A DNA stretch of 64,000 bases, from contig CAXXVO010000017.1 of assembly GCA_963422645.2 (NCBI GenBank), positions 96,001 to 160,000 of the forward strand, given 5' to 3'. How positions within the stretch are numbered: position 1 is the first letter of the stretch; each line of letters opens with the position of its first letter. Under the pieces are notes generated by a model that was not told where the DNA came from, ran no database searches, and saw only the letters and a program-made list of their open reading frames with translations. The stretch comes from Alphaproteobacteria bacterium (GTDB lineage: Bacteria > Pseudomonadota > Alphaproteobacteria > UBA828). The position numbers and the translations under genes were made by a program. This document shows positions 13,216 through 23,724 of this stretch, piece by piece.

Positions 13216-14432
13216 TGGCCGACAGTCTGGCGCCGACGGATGCGGACGGCCTCGCGGATGCCGTGCGCTGGGCCGTCGCGGGCGAGCACCCGCTGGAGGT
13301 CGTCGCCGGCGGCTCCAAGCGGAACTTCGGCCGGCCGGTGCAGAGCGCGGCCACCCTTTCGCTCGCCGCGTTCGATGGCATCGTCGAATATCAACCCTCT
13401 GAGCTGGTGCTGACGGCCAAGGCAGCGACGCCTCTCGCAACCATCCAAAGTGCGGTCGAAGCCGAGAGGCAGATGCTGGCGTTCGAGCCTGCGGACTATG
13501 CGCCGCTGTTCGGCTCGGCCGAAGGCGCCACTCTGGGCGGTGCCCTCGCCTGCAACCTCTCAGGCCCGCGCCGGATCAAGGCGGGTGCGGCGCGCGATCA
13601 CTTCCTCGGCGTGCACGCGGTGAGCGGGCGCGGCGAGCGCTTCAAGGCCGGCGGCCGCGTGGTTAAGAACGTGACCGGCTACGATGTCTGCAAGCTGCTC
13701 GCGGGCTCCTGTGGCACGCTCGCGCTCATGCACGAGGTGACAGTCAAGGTCCTGCCTGCGCCGGAGCGGACGCGCACGGTGCTGGTCTATGGGCTCGAGA
13801 CGGCCCACGCCATGGATGCCTTGGGCGCGGCGCTCGGGAGCGCGCACGAGGTCTCGGGCGCGGCCCACATGCCGGCTGAGGTGGCGGCGCGCTCAGGCGT
13901 TTCCTACGTCGCGGGCGCGGCCACTGCGGTCAGCGCGGTCCGGGTCGAGGGCTTTCCCGCCTCGGTGGAAGCACGCTGCGGGGCGCTGCGCGAGCTGCTC
14001 GGGCGCTTCGGTGCGGTCGAGGAGCTTCACTCCAGAAACTCGGCGACGCTCTGGCGCGAGATCCGGGACGCCCGGGCCTTCGCCGACGACAGCGGGCCAC
14101 TATGGCGCCTCTCCGTGCCGCCGGCATCCGGTGCGGTCGCAGCCGCACGCGTCACGGACGCAACGGATGCGCGCGTCCTTTTCGATTGGGGCGGCGGGCT
14201 CGTCTGGCTCGCGGTCGACGGGACGCCGGATGCGGGGGAAACTGCCGTGCGAGCCGCCGCTGCGGCTGTGGGCGGGCACGCGACCCTGGTCCGCGCCGAT
14301 GCGCCGACACGGGCGGCGCGTGCGGTCTTCCAGCCCCAGACGGCGGGCCTCGCGGCGCTGACGGAGCGCATCAAGCGCGCTTTTGATCCGGCAGGCGTGC
14401 TCAACCCCGGGCGCATGTACGCGGGCGTGTAG
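13215..14432 (+). CDS. glcE: glycolate oxidase subunit GlcE
   Basis: TGATG overlap with glcD; GGRVVKNVTGYDVCKL, FDPAGVLNPGR. Confidence 0.93.
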   Translation: MADSLAPTDADGLADAVRWAVAGEHPLEVVAGGSKRNFGRPVQSAATLSLAAFDGIVEYQPSELVLTAKAATPLATIQSAVEAERQMLAFEPADYAPLFGSAEGATLGGALACNLSGPRRIKAGAARDHFLGVHAVSGRGERFKAGGRVVKNVTGYDVCKLLAGSCGTLALMHEVTVKVLPAPERTRTVLVYGLETAHAMDALGAALGSAHEVSGAAHMPAEVAARSGVSYVAGAATAVSAVRVEGFPASVEARCGALRELLGRFGAVEELHSRNSATLWREIRDARAFADDSGPLWRLSVPPASGAVAAARVTDATDARVLFDWGGGLVWLAVDGTPDAGETAVRAAAAAVGGHATLVRADAPTRAARAVFQPQTAGLAALTERIKRAFDPAGVLNPGRMYAGV

Positions 14433-14437
14433 CGGCG

Positions 14438-15742
14438 ATGCAGACCCAGTTCACAGAGAGTCAGCTTGCGCTCCCGGCACTGGCGCAAGCCAACGAGGTG
14501 CTCCGTACCTGCGTCCATTGCGGGCTCTGCCTCTCCACCTGCCCCACCTATGCGCTGCTCGGCGACGAGCGGGACAGCCCGCGCGGGCGCATCTACCTGA
14601 TCAAGGACATGCTGGAGCAGGACGCGCCGGCCGACGCCACGGTAACCCGCCACATCGACCGCTGCCTCTCCTGCCTTTCGTGCATGACCACCTGCCCGGC
14701 GGGGGTCGACTACATGCACCTGGTCGACCATGCACGCGGCCATATCGAGCGCACCTGGAAGCGACCGCCCGTCGAACGTGCGATTCGCACTCTGCTCGGT
14801 GTCGTGCTGCCCCGCCCTAGTCTGGCGCGCCTCGCCCTTCTCGCCGCGCGGGGGCCGGCGCTGCTGGCGCCGCTCTTCAGTGGAAAACTCGGTGCTCTGC
14901 TCCGCCTCGCCGGCCGGCCTTCGTATGGGCCGAGCTGGGTCGAGCGGCCGCAGGTCATCCCCGCCCAGGGTCATCGGCGCAAGCGGGTGGCGCTGCTCAC
15001 GGGTTGCGTGCAATGCGTGCTGGCGCCGGAGATTAACGAGGCGGCGGTGCGTGTTCTCACCCGCCACGGCTGCGAGGTGGTGGTGCCGCGCGGCGCCGGC
15101 TGCTGCGGTGCGCTCTCCCACCATCTGGGCGACGAGGCGCGCAGCCAGGCCCGAGCCGCACGCACGGCGGCCGCGTTCGCGCGCGAGGCAGCCCAAGACG
15201 GGTTCGATGCCGTCGTCGCCACGGCGTCAGGCTGCGGGACGATGCTCAAGGACTACGGCCACCTGCTCAAGGACGACGAGACCCACGCCGCAACGGGGGC
15301 GCAGGTGGCAGCGCTCGCCCGCGATATCAGCGAGGTACTCGACGAGCTGGGCGTCACCGGCCTCGGGTCGCCACCCTTGAGCGCGCCTGTCGCCTATCAC
15401 TCGGCCTGCTCGCTCCAGCACGGCCAGAAAATCGACCGGCAGCCAATGGCGCTCCTTGCCGCCGCCGGCTTTGACGTGCGAAGGGTGCCGGACGGTCATT
15501 TCTGCTGCGGCTCGGCGGGCACCTATAATATGCTTCAGCCCGACTTGGCCGGTGCGCTCGGCGCGCGCAAGGCATTAGCGATCGAAAGCACCGGTGCTGC
15601 GCTGGTGGCTGCGGGCAATATCGGCTGCATGGTGCAGATCGCCGGCCACACTGCGTTGCCGGTGGTGCACACGGTCGAGCTACTCGACTGGGCAACCGGC
15701 GGGCCGCGTCCGGCGGCGCTGCAGCGGCTTGCAGCCGCGTGA
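14438..15742 (+). CDS. glcF: glycolate oxidase Fe-S subunit GlcF
   Basis: MQTQF, CVHCGLCLSTCPTY, CLSCLSCMTTCP, CCG domains. Confidence 0.95.
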   Translation: MQTQFTESQLALPALAQANEVLRTCVHCGLCLSTCPTYALLGDERDSPRGRIYLIKDMLEQDAPADATVTRHIDRCLSCLSCMTTCPAGVDYMHLVDHARGHIERTWKRPPVERAIRTLLGVVLPRPSLARLALLAARGPALLAPLFSGKLGALLRLAGRPSYGPSWVERPQVIPAQGHRRKRVALLTGCVQCVLAPEINEAAVRVLTRHGCEVVVPRGAGCCGALSHHLGDEARSQARAARTAAAFAREAAQDGFDAVVATASGCGTMLKDYGHLLKDDETHAATGAQVAALARDISEVLDELGVTGLGSPPLSAPVAYHSACSLQHGQKIDRQPMALLAAAGFDVRRVPDGHFCCGSAGTYNMLQPDLAGALGARKALAIESTGAALVAAGNIGCMVQIAGHTALPVVHTVELLDWATGGPRPAALQRLAAA

Positions 15743-15824
15743 TATCGGGAAGGCGCGGCGAGTCCGGATCGGACGGCTTCGGGTCGGGCCATCGTTTGCA
15801 GGACTCACGGCTGAGAAAGACGCC

Positions 15825-16163
15825 ATGGACGTGACGACGGAGCGGAAGGACGGCGTGGTATCGGTGCGGGTGGAAGGCCGCATCGACGGCTCCACCGCGC
15901 GCGCGTTTCATGAGGCGATCGAAACCCAGATCGCCGACAGCGATCGCGCCGTGATCGTGGACTGCGAAGAGCTGAGCTACATCGGCAGTGCGGGTCTTCG
16001 TACCGTACTCTCGATTGCCAAGACCCTATCGAACCGGGACACGCGGTTTGCGCTCTACTCGCTTTCGGAACCGGTCCAGAAGGTCTTTGAGAAGATCGGT
16101 TTCGACACGATCATCACGATTCGTCCGTCACAGGCCGAAGCACTCGCTGCCGTCGAGGTCTGA
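15825..16163 (+). CDS. STAS-domain anti-sigma factor antagonist (RsbV-like)
   Basis: GRIDG...VDCEELSYIGSAGLR with the phosphorylatable Ser; start ATG 15825. Confidence 0.9.
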   Translation: MDVTTERKDGVVSVRVEGRIDGSTARAFHEAIETQIADSDRAVIVDCEELSYIGSAGLRTVLSIAKTLSNRDTRFALYSLSEPVQKVFEKIGFDTIITIRPSQAEALAAVEV

Positions 16164-16182
16164 CCGCACTGGCCAGTCGGGA

Positions 16183-17124
16183 CTAGCCGACCGCTTTTCG
16201 CGCTTCCTCCGTGAGCGCCTTGCCGGCGCTCGACGCGGCCTCTGCCAGCAGATCGATCCACGGTTGACCATGGGCCGCGACGCGATGGGTGAGGCCGATC
16301 CGCCGTGAGGGCTCAGGCGCGGCAAAGCGGAGAAAACTCAGGTCAGGGACGGCCGCGCGTTCGGACAGCGCAGCGGTTTCCGGAAGGAGCGTCAGCCCCG
16401 CGCCGCTTGCCGCGAGCCTCGATAGTGTGGCGAGCGATTCGGCGCCGCGGCGAACCTCTTGCATGCGCCACATCAAGCACGCGCCCAAGACCTGGTCTGC
16501 CAGGCAATGACCGTCGCCCAGCGTGAGAAGCGGCCCGATATCGGCCCGGGCCAGATCCGCAGGTCCCAGTTCGTCGCTGAGTGTGCGGCGGATCGAGACG
16601 AGACGCTCGGTGCGACCGGCGAGCACGAGGCGGTCCTCGAAGAGCTCTCGCTCGGGCAGCTCCAGCATGCCGAGTGGGAGCGAGACGATGGCTGCGTCAA
16701 GGCGACCGGCCAGGAGACTGGACACAAGAACCTGGCCCGGCGCCTCCGCGATATCGAGCTCGACGCGGGGCGAGGCATCGTGCAAGTAGGTCAGGATTCC
16801 TGGAAGCAGGTAGGGCGCAAGCGTGGAGACGATCCCGACGGCGACCCTGAGCGGACCGGCCTCGTATCGCTGCCCTATCGTCTCCAGCAGCAGTGTCTCG
16901 TCCAGAATCCTGAGCGTCTGCTCGTGCGCCTCTCGGCCGAGCGGCGTGAGGAGAACGCCGCGGCTCTCGCGCTCTACCAGCGGCCCGCCGAGCGAGGCCT
17001 CGAGCTCGCGGATCTGGAGCGAAAGCGCGGGCTGAGAGACGTGGACGCTCTCGGCCGCGCGGCTGAAGGAGCCGTGCTCGATCAAGGCCTGAAAGTAGCG
17101 CAACTGACGCAAGGTAACGGGCAT
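16183..17124 (-). CDS. oxyR: LysR regulator, OxyR-like
   Basis: TLRQLRYF...VSQPALSLQIRELE HTH; DGHC-X8-C redox cysteine pair. Confidence 0.8.
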   Translation of the reverse strand: MPVTLRQLRYFQALIEHGSFSRAAESVHVSQPALSLQIRELEASLGGPLVERESRGVLLTPLGREAHEQTLRILDETLLLETIGQRYEAGPLRVAVGIVSTLAPYLLPGILTYLHDASPRVELDIAEAPGQVLVSSLLAGRLDAAIVSLPLGMLELPERELFEDRLVLAGRTERLVSIRRTLSDELGPADLARADIGPLLTLGDGHCLADQVLGACLMWRMQEVRRGAESLATLSRLAASGAGLTLLPETAALSERAAVPDLSFLRFAAPEPSRRIGLTHRVAAHGQPWIDLLAEAASSAGKALTEEARKAVG

Positions 17125-17842
17125 GGTCGGTCCTTGTGGGCGCGATCGCGGCGATGCAAGTGTGCGCGCCGCGCTATGCCAGAGAGCCTGTGCGTGGTCG
17201 GCGAGGCCGCAAGACAGCAGCCGGTGCCGCGCACCCAGGCTTAGCGTGTCTTAATCGGCCCCGTGAAGCCCTGCTGCGGTTGGGAGATGGATCGGTCGCC
17301 GGCCCGGGCAGTCCGCTGGCCCTCCGCTTGTGGCCGGAGCGGGGCCGGAGCCGTTTCCCATCCGCCTCAGGTCATGGCGTCGAACGATCGGCCGTGGCGC
17401 CCGGGTCCCATACGGTCGCAGGACGCACTTGGACAAGTGGCATTGTCCTTAGGTCTAGCAAGACAGCCAGGCAGATCCGTTAAGAAAGAGCCGGGACTTC
17501 AGCCGCCGGTGGCATACGTGGTCTCTTCTTCCGTCGACTGGCGCTGATTGGGCTTCGTCGCCCGATCGCGCCGACGGCTCCTTCCGCTTCGGTATCGCCG
17601 ATCGCCTTCACCCTCGCTGCCCTTACGGGAGCACCTTCTCCTCTTCGCTCATAGCAGTTTCCTCCCTGTGTCGTAGTGTCTGATACTCGCTAGGCTGACA
17701 CCTGTTATCCAAAACCGGCTCCACGCTGCACATCGTCCCTCATGGCAGCGTGGGAGAGCAATCTTCAATGCCCGATTCTTCGTCAACCAAAAGATTTCAC
17801 CTGTTCGTCGCGCTGCTCGCAGTGCAGCACACTTGATTATCG

Positions 17843-19828
17843 TTAGCCGGTCGCACCATCATCCATCGCACCATCATAGCGTAGCACAACGCAAGTGATA
17901 TCGTCAGACTGCTCCGCCTCGCCGACGAACTTAACCACCGCACTGGTGACATTCTCAAGCACTGAATCGACAGGCAAGTCGCGGGCTTCGGCCAAAACCA
18001 CCTCCAGACGCGCCTCGGTGAACTCCTCGTGATTAACATTCATGGCTTCGGTAATGCCGTCCGTGTAGAGGAACATCGTGTCTCCGGGCGCCAGTGTCAT
18101 CGCGTCTTCGTCGTAGGGCATTCCAGGCATGACGCCCACGGCCATGCCTCCTGTCATCGGCAGAGGCGAGACATCGCCGGGGTGCTTGACGACAAACGGC
18201 GGGTTGTGCCCGGCATTGGCATAGACGAACTCGCCTGTGTCGGGATCCAGAATTCCGTAGAAGAGGGTCACGAACAGATCCTGAGGGTTTTGCTCGCAGA
18301 TGGCGTCGTTGACCTCCTGCAGACAGGGGCCCGGGTTAGGGTGCCGCGCAGCGGCGGCGCGCATGACCGTCCGTGCGATCGCCATGAAGAATGCCGCGGG
18401 TACCCCTTTGCCCGAAACATCTGCCATCACCACGCTGAGACGACCATCGTCCAAAGTGAAGAAGTCGTAGAAGTCGCCGCCCATCTCACGTGCGGGAGTC
18501 ATGACCGCGTGTCCTGAATAAGTCGGATATTCCGGCATCGTCTTGGGCAAGATCGCACCCTGCAGGGCGTGCGCGATCTTGAGCTCCGATTCCATCCGCT
18601 CCTTGGCTTTTTCCAACTGCGCGTTCGACGCCTCTAGTTCGCGGGTGCGGGCGCGGACCATGCTTTCCAGATATTCCTCGCGCGCCTGAACTTGGCGCAC
18701 CATGTTTTGAAACACACGGACAAGTGTGCCGAGCTCGTCCCGCCGGACGGCGACGGAGTCCAGCGTCTCCGGGGCGAAACTTAGCGTATCGGTGTCCACC
18801 TCCGCTGCGGCTGTGGTCAACGCCGTGACCGGCTGCACGATGCGGCGCGCGGAGACTGCTGCGATGATGGAGCCGATGGCGAAGGCTGCTGCGGCTACGA
18901 TCAGACCGTACTTGATGTGGTCCTCAAAGAGCTGATCCAGATGATCCCGCTGCATGTGGATCACTGCAGCGCCCGTGGCGACGCCGCCGCGATCGAGGAT
19001 GGGCGCCGCGACATGGAGAGCGTTTTCGCCGAGATACGATTCCGCGCCGTCGACGCCAAGAACGCGTGTGGCAAGATCCTGGTCGTCCGCAGACAGCGCC
19101 GCGTCGTCCTCGGAGCCGTTCCTACCCTCGAAAGTGGCCATGCCGATGAGGTGGAGAAGGTCGTTGACCACCCAGATCGAGCGAATCGCCTCGCGCCCGG
19201 CCAGCGAGTCCAGCGCCGCCCCGATGCCGATGACGTCGCCGGGGCCGCCGGTCTCGGCTGCCAGCGTGCCGACCAGCACGGTCTCTCGTGTGCCGGCGCG
19301 AACGCCGACGTACCTGATCGGCTTTTCCCACCCCATTGGAGGGACCGACTTAAAGGAGACAGAGAAACGTCGACCCGATACCAGCGCCTCCACGACACGG
19401 GAATCGATTCCGGCGGACGCCAGATCCAGCGCACCGCTCTCGCTGAGGCCACCGACAGCGCGCACCAGCGGCCGACCCGTTTCGCCCAGCAGCCAGATGT
19501 CGTCGACGGCGCTGTCCGCCGTCAACTTGGCGAAATAAATGCCGAGGGTATTCCTGCTCTCCCCCTCATGTGAGTGCTCGTCCAGATGACGAGCGATGGC
19601 CAGAGCCTGCGCTTCCATCTGCGTGACGATCATGCGGTCGATTTCGTCGGCGGTGTGCTCCGCCCGGTTGGCCTCACTAGCGATGAGCCCGGCGACAAGC
19701 AACGCCTGGTCTTCGGCCTGCTCGATCAGTGCGTCGCGCGCGAGAAATCCCATCGCCAGCGCGACACCGACAATCGCCACGCCGACGGACGCCGCAACCG
19801 TGATGATCAAGCGTCTGGAAAGGGTCAA
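17843..19828 (-). CDS. membrane HAMP-domain SpoIIE/PP2C phosphatase (RsbU-like)
   Basis: two TM segments around a large extracytoplasmic region, HAMP (RRDELGTL), GGDFYDF, ADVSGKG, NAGHNPP, YTDGITEA, DDIT. Confidence 0.93.
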   Translation of the reverse strand: MTLSRRLIITVAASVGVAIVGVALAMGFLARDALIEQAEDQALLVAGLIASEANRAEHTADEIDRMIVTQMEAQALAIARHLDEHSHEGESRNTLGIYFAKLTADSAVDDIWLLGETGRPLVRAVGGLSESGALDLASAGIDSRVVEALVSGRRFSVSFKSVPPMGWEKPIRYVGVRAGTRETVLVGTLAAETGGPGDVIGIGAALDSLAGREAIRSIWVVNDLLHLIGMATFEGRNGSEDDAALSADDQDLATRVLGVDGAESYLGENALHVAAPILDRGGVATGAAVIHMQRDHLDQLFEDHIKYGLIVAAAAFAIGSIIAAVSARRIVQPVTALTTAAAEVDTDTLSFAPETLDSVAVRRDELGTLVRVFQNMVRQVQAREEYLESMVRARTRELEASNAQLEKAKERMESELKIAHALQGAILPKTMPEYPTYSGHAVMTPAREMGGDFYDFFTLDDGRLSVVMADVSGKGVPAAFFMAIARTVMRAAAARHPNPGPCLQEVNDAICEQNPQDLFVTLFYGILDPDTGEFVYANAGHNPPFVVKHPGDVSPLPMTGGMAVGVMPGMPYDEDAMTLAPGDTMFLYTDGITEAMNVNHEEFTEARLEVVLAEARDLPVDSVLENVTSAVVKFVGEAEQSDDITCVVLRYDGAMDDGATG

Positions 19829-19883
19829 CGGCGATATCCCGCCGTGGCGTACGACCGAAGCCGGTGCCCGGCGCGGGGTGCCC

Positions 19884-20561
19884 TCACGGCAGCGGCCCGC
19901 CGGTAAGGTCGGTGGCCTCCTCCAGCGGACGATAGACGCGCCGCTTGATGTGCCTGCTGAGCCGATTCATTCCGAACGTCAATAGAAGGCTGAACCCGAG
20001 GAACCAGATCATAGCCCAAAGATAAACCCAGAGCGCGAGCCCCACCTCATCGACCGCGCCGATAACCGTGTCTGCCCGACGCACGAGCTCGGGCACGCCG
20101 ATCACCGAGGCCGTGCTGGAGGCCATGACGATGATCAGGAAATAGCTGGTCCAGGCCGGAACGAACAACAGCGCCTCCGCCATCTCATGGCGGCGTAGAT
20201 GTCGTATGGCCGCGAGCGCGTTGTCGGACACGTAGCCGGCAACGGCGATGCCCAGCGCGAGTGCCGCCTTGATCCAGGCCGGGAAGGTTGCGGCAGCACC
20301 GAAGAGCGTGAACTCGGTGGGAATGATGTAGGCGAGGTAGAAGAGCATGACGAAGGTCGGCGCATTGCGCGCGAGCGTCGTCACCGCGCCTCCGCTGTGC
20401 CTCACGCCCCAGTGAGAGCCGCCCCGCAGCAGAGCCAGCACCAGACCGACGATGGTGCCGACGGCCATGGCGAAGAGGGAGACGATGATGTTCCAGCCGA
20501 AGCCTTCCGCCAGATAGGGCGACCATGCCCACAGGACGTCGACTGTCTCCTGCGCGGTCAT
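19884..20561 (-). CDS. polar amino acid ABC permease-like protein lacking the EAA loop
   Basis: EGFGWNI, RNAPTFVMLF, SSTASVIGVPEL; cytoplasmic loop shortened. Confidence 0.8.
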   Translation of the reverse strand: MTAQETVDVLWAWSPYLAEGFGWNIIVSLFAMAVGTIVGLVLALLRGGSHWGVRHSGGAVTTLARNAPTFVMLFYLAYIIPTEFTLFGAAATFPAWIKAALALGIAVAGYVSDNALAAIRHLRRHEMAEALLFVPAWTSYFLIIVMASSTASVIGVPELVRRADTVIGAVDEVGLALWVYLWAMIWFLGFSLLLTFGMNRLSRHIKRRVYRPLEEATDLTGGPLP

Positions 20562-22159
20562 AGCGTGGCGGCCTTGCCTCGCTCGAAGCGCCGGAAGAGC
20601 TGGACCGTGATGATGACCAGAACGAAGTAACTGATCAGCAGCAGGTTCATCATCACGTCAGCATTGCCCTTCTCGGCCACGATCGACGTGCTGGCGTGGA
20701 CCAGCTCCGGCAGAGCGAGCGTGCTGGCCATCCCGGTGGCCTTAACGATGTTGGCGGAGTTGCCCATCACCGCGGCGTAGCAGAGCACCAACGCTCGCTG
20801 CACATCCCGCGGCGTAAATCGGAGCTTGCGCCCGCCCGCCGCGGCAACATCCGCCGCCAGCGAGAATGCGATCGCATTGCTCGATGCCGCGTAAAGCGAC
20901 AGCACCACCGCAGCGACCAGGAACGCATCGACGGTGAAGCCCACAGCCAGCAGCACGCCGCCCAGACCGAAGAACACGATATAGAGCTGGAGCAATGGGG
21001 GCGTCATGCGCATGAACTCGCTGAACGCCCGCAGGAAGTGGCTCACTCCCAGCACTCGCCGGTGCATCAGCCATCCGAACACGACGCCTAGGACGACGCT
21101 GCCGACCACCGTGATCAGAGACAGCAGCGCCGTTAGCCCCAAACCATAGAGGAATACGTCTCGGTCGAGCGGGTCGTACAGAATGCTGATGTCGAGGCCC
21201 GTCACCTCCATGATTGTCAGCGAGAAGCCCGAGAGGCCGCCGATGCCGCTGCCGGTGACGAGGGCGACCTCGCGGCATCCCAGTGGCCATTGACCCTGCT
21301 CGTTGCGCCGGCATTTCAGTTCGCCGGTCTCGTCGACCTCCTGCCAGGTAGTGCGCGCGTCCCGCAGGAACGGAGACGGCGGCAGGCCCCACTTCTTTTC
21401 CAGCGACTGCAGAAAGCCGTCGCGATGCCATTGCGCCACCGTATTGCCCATCAGCTGGTCGAGCGGGCCGCCGCCTTCCTCCTTGGCGATGGCGACGGCC
21501 CAGGGCAGCACGAAGCGAGTCGGCAGCGAGACGCTGAAGCCGTCCCACTCGCCGCTCTCGATCTCGTGGAGAAGGAGGACCTCGTCGTAGATCCAGCCGA
21601 CGCAACGCTCGTCGCGCAACGTCTGGCCGGCCTCGCGGGTGCTTTTGTGCGCGGTCACGTCGAGCAGCAGCCGCTGCTTGGCCAGCCGGTTCCATAGCGA
21701 GCCCTGAAGACCGCAGACGGTGTGCCCGCGCAGGTCGGCCCAGGTGCCGATCCTGGCGCTATCGCGCAGCAACACGTTTGCGCCGTCGCCGTAGTACTGC
21801 GGCTCGATCATGGTGACTAGCTCGCGGCGGCTGCGGGTGTCGCCCATGGTGGCGGCGACGATGTCGATCTCGCCCCGCTGCACCATCTGCAGCCGGTTGG
21901 CGCTGGTCACCGGAACCAGCTCGACGTCGACGCCGATGGACTCTGCGAAGCCCCGCGCCACGTCCACGTCGTAGCCCACGAGCGTGCCTTCGGCATTGCG
22001 GAAGCCGAAGGGCGCGTAGTCCTCCTTGACGCCGACGATGACGTGGCCGCGGTCCTGTATCTCTTGCAGCCGGTCGGCGAGCGCAGGAGCGGCCACGCCT
22101 GCCCAAGCGGTGAGCAAGACCGCGAGAAGAAGCCACCACTTGGGAAGTCGCCGCTTCAT
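20558..22159 (-). CDS. family 3 solute-binding protein fused to a permease domain
   Basis: signal peptide, VGVKEDYAPFGF, GYDVDVA, VTSANR; C-terminal RMTPPLLQLYIVFFGL; ATGA overlap with next gene. Confidence 0.85.
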   Translation of the reverse strand: MKRRLPKWWLLLAVLLTAWAGVAAPALADRLQEIQDRGHVIVGVKEDYAPFGFRNAEGTLVGYDVDVARGFAESIGVDVELVPVTSANRLQMVQRGEIDIVAATMGDTRSRRELVTMIEPQYYGDGANVLLRDSARIGTWADLRGHTVCGLQGSLWNRLAKQRLLLDVTAHKSTREAGQTLRDERCVGWIYDEVLLLHEIESGEWDGFSVSLPTRFVLPWAVAIAKEEGGGPLDQLMGNTVAQWHRDGFLQSLEKKWGLPPSPFLRDARTTWQEVDETGELKCRRNEQGQWPLGCREVALVTGSGIGGLSGFSLTIMEVTGLDISILYDPLDRDVFLYGLGLTALLSLITVVGSVVLGVVFGWLMHRRVLGVSHFLRAFSEFMRMTPPLLQLYIVFFGLGGVLLAVGFTVDAFLVAAVVLSLYAASSNAIAFSLAADVAAAGGRKLRFTPRDVQRALVLCYAAVMGNSANIVKATGMASTLALPELVHASTSIVAEKGNADVMMNLLLISYFVLVIITVQLFRRFERGKAATL

Positions 22160-22620
22160 GCGCCCACGCGCGGGCGCCATGCCCCCGGCCCGGGAATTGA
22201 AGAGTCGATGGAAAGGCCGCCGTGCCTGGCTACCTCCCGGATGGCGAGGAGCGGCTCGGGCGCGCCCGCGCATCACCCTGTCCGCGCCGAGGCGGAATCC
22301 ACCATAGAGGCCCGGCGAGACGCCATGACCGCAGCGCATAAGGTGTCGATGATCGTCGCGCAAATCATCGTGCCAACCCGATTTGACGTAGCCGGGCGGG
22401 GATCAGCGGAAAGGACCCTGGCCCTCCCGGCCTTTGCCGCGGAGCCGCTAGCCGCAGCGACTCGAAAGCCTATCCGATATGTCAACGAGGCGAAATAGAG
22501 TATCGTTCCGTGAGGGAAGAGTTAGTTTCTGGTGTCGCTCCTTCGGTGCCTGCGCGGCGCGGCGTGCTTGAGCGGGGCGCCGAAATCTGCGGGGACCGGC
22601 AACAGGCTTTTGAGGGAAGA

Positions 22621-23565
22621 ATGACCGGCTTCGGTGATCGTCGATATCTCTCTCGGCCGCGCCACCTGGCACTAATTCGGTGCGCGGGCCTTGTGATTAC
22701 GCTTATCGCCCTGACGCTGGCCTCGCCGCGCCTCGCGCCGCCAGCACAGGCCGCGGCTGACGGCGTCCTCGCCAAGATCGAGGCCGGAGGGGTCATTCGT
22801 GCCGGCACCAGGGCGAGCGCGCCGCCCTTCGCGCGGAAGCTGGAAACAGGCGGGTTCGAGGGCTTCTCGGTCGATCTGCTGGAGGCCATCCGGGCCTCTG
22901 CGGAGGAGAAGGTCGGCCGGCCGGTCACGCTGGACATTCAGGAAGTAACGCCCGCAGACCGGCTGGAACGGGTTGCCGCAGGCGAGCTCGACATCGTCTG
23001 CGGCATCACGACGCCGACCTGGGATCGGGAGGTGCTGGTCGACTTCTCGGTGCCCTTCTTCCGCGACGGCACGCGCATTCTGATTTACCGGGAGAAAGCC
23101 ACCGGCGGCGTGGACCTCGGAAAGCTGGATATCGGGGTGGTCGAGGGCACGACCACCGTGACAATCGTCCAGGACCAGCTGCCCACGGCGAACCTGCACC
23201 TCTTCCCCTCGATGAAGGATGCCATGTCCGCACTTGCGGCAGGCGAGGTGAGCGGCGTCGCCAACATCGGCATCACGCTTCTGGGGCTCGCGGCGAAGGC
23301 GGAGCCGCGCCGCAGCGTGGTCTTGCTCCCGCGCACCTTCGCGCTCGCCATGGAAACGTTGGCCTGCGTAGTGCCGCAAGACGACAGTCCCTGGCGCGAC
23401 GTCGTCAACCGGGTCCTCATCGACATGTTCTCCGGGGTCAAGGACTCCAACAGCCGCTACGACGAGATTTACGAGCGCTGGTTCGGGCGCGACAGTGAGA
23501 TTTTCTATCCTCTCGACCGGGCCAACCGGAACTACTTGAGCACCGTATCCATCTGGGCGCGCTGA
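22621..23565 (+). CDS. amino acid ABC solute-binding protein (GltI-like; start uncertain)
   Basis: GTRASAPPF, GFSVDL, VDFSVPFF, IYERWF. Confidence 0.85.
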   Translation: MTGFGDRRYLSRPRHLALIRCAGLVITLIALTLASPRLAPPAQAAADGVLAKIEAGGVIRAGTRASAPPFARKLETGGFEGFSVDLLEAIRASAEEKVGRPVTLDIQEVTPADRLERVAAGELDIVCGITTPTWDREVLVDFSVPFFRDGTRILIYREKATGGVDLGKLDIGVVEGTTTVTIVQDQLPTANLHLFPSMKDAMSALAAGEVSGVANIGITLLGLAAKAEPRRSVVLLPRTFALAMETLACVVPQDDSPWRDVVNRVLIDMFSGVKDSNSRYDEIYERWFGRDSEIFYPLDRANRNYLSTVSIWAR

Positions 23566-23655
23566 GGTCTCGGCAAGAATCGCAGGCCCCACACCGGGCG
23601 CCCCCGAGAAGACGACGCAAGCGCTGCGCGCCGCGCCACTGAAGACCTACGTTCG

Positions 23656-23678
23656 GATATGCTATAGTGTAACCTGTC
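23656..23678. promoter_or_regulatory. putative Zur box
   Basis: GATATGCTATAGTGTAACCTGTC resembles proteobacterial GAAATGTTATANTATAACATTTC; ends 46 bp before zur. Confidence 0.6.
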
Positions 23679-23724
23679 GCGTTCGCCGCACGACGCTGGT
23701 TCCGGCGGCGAGAACGAGGAACGA

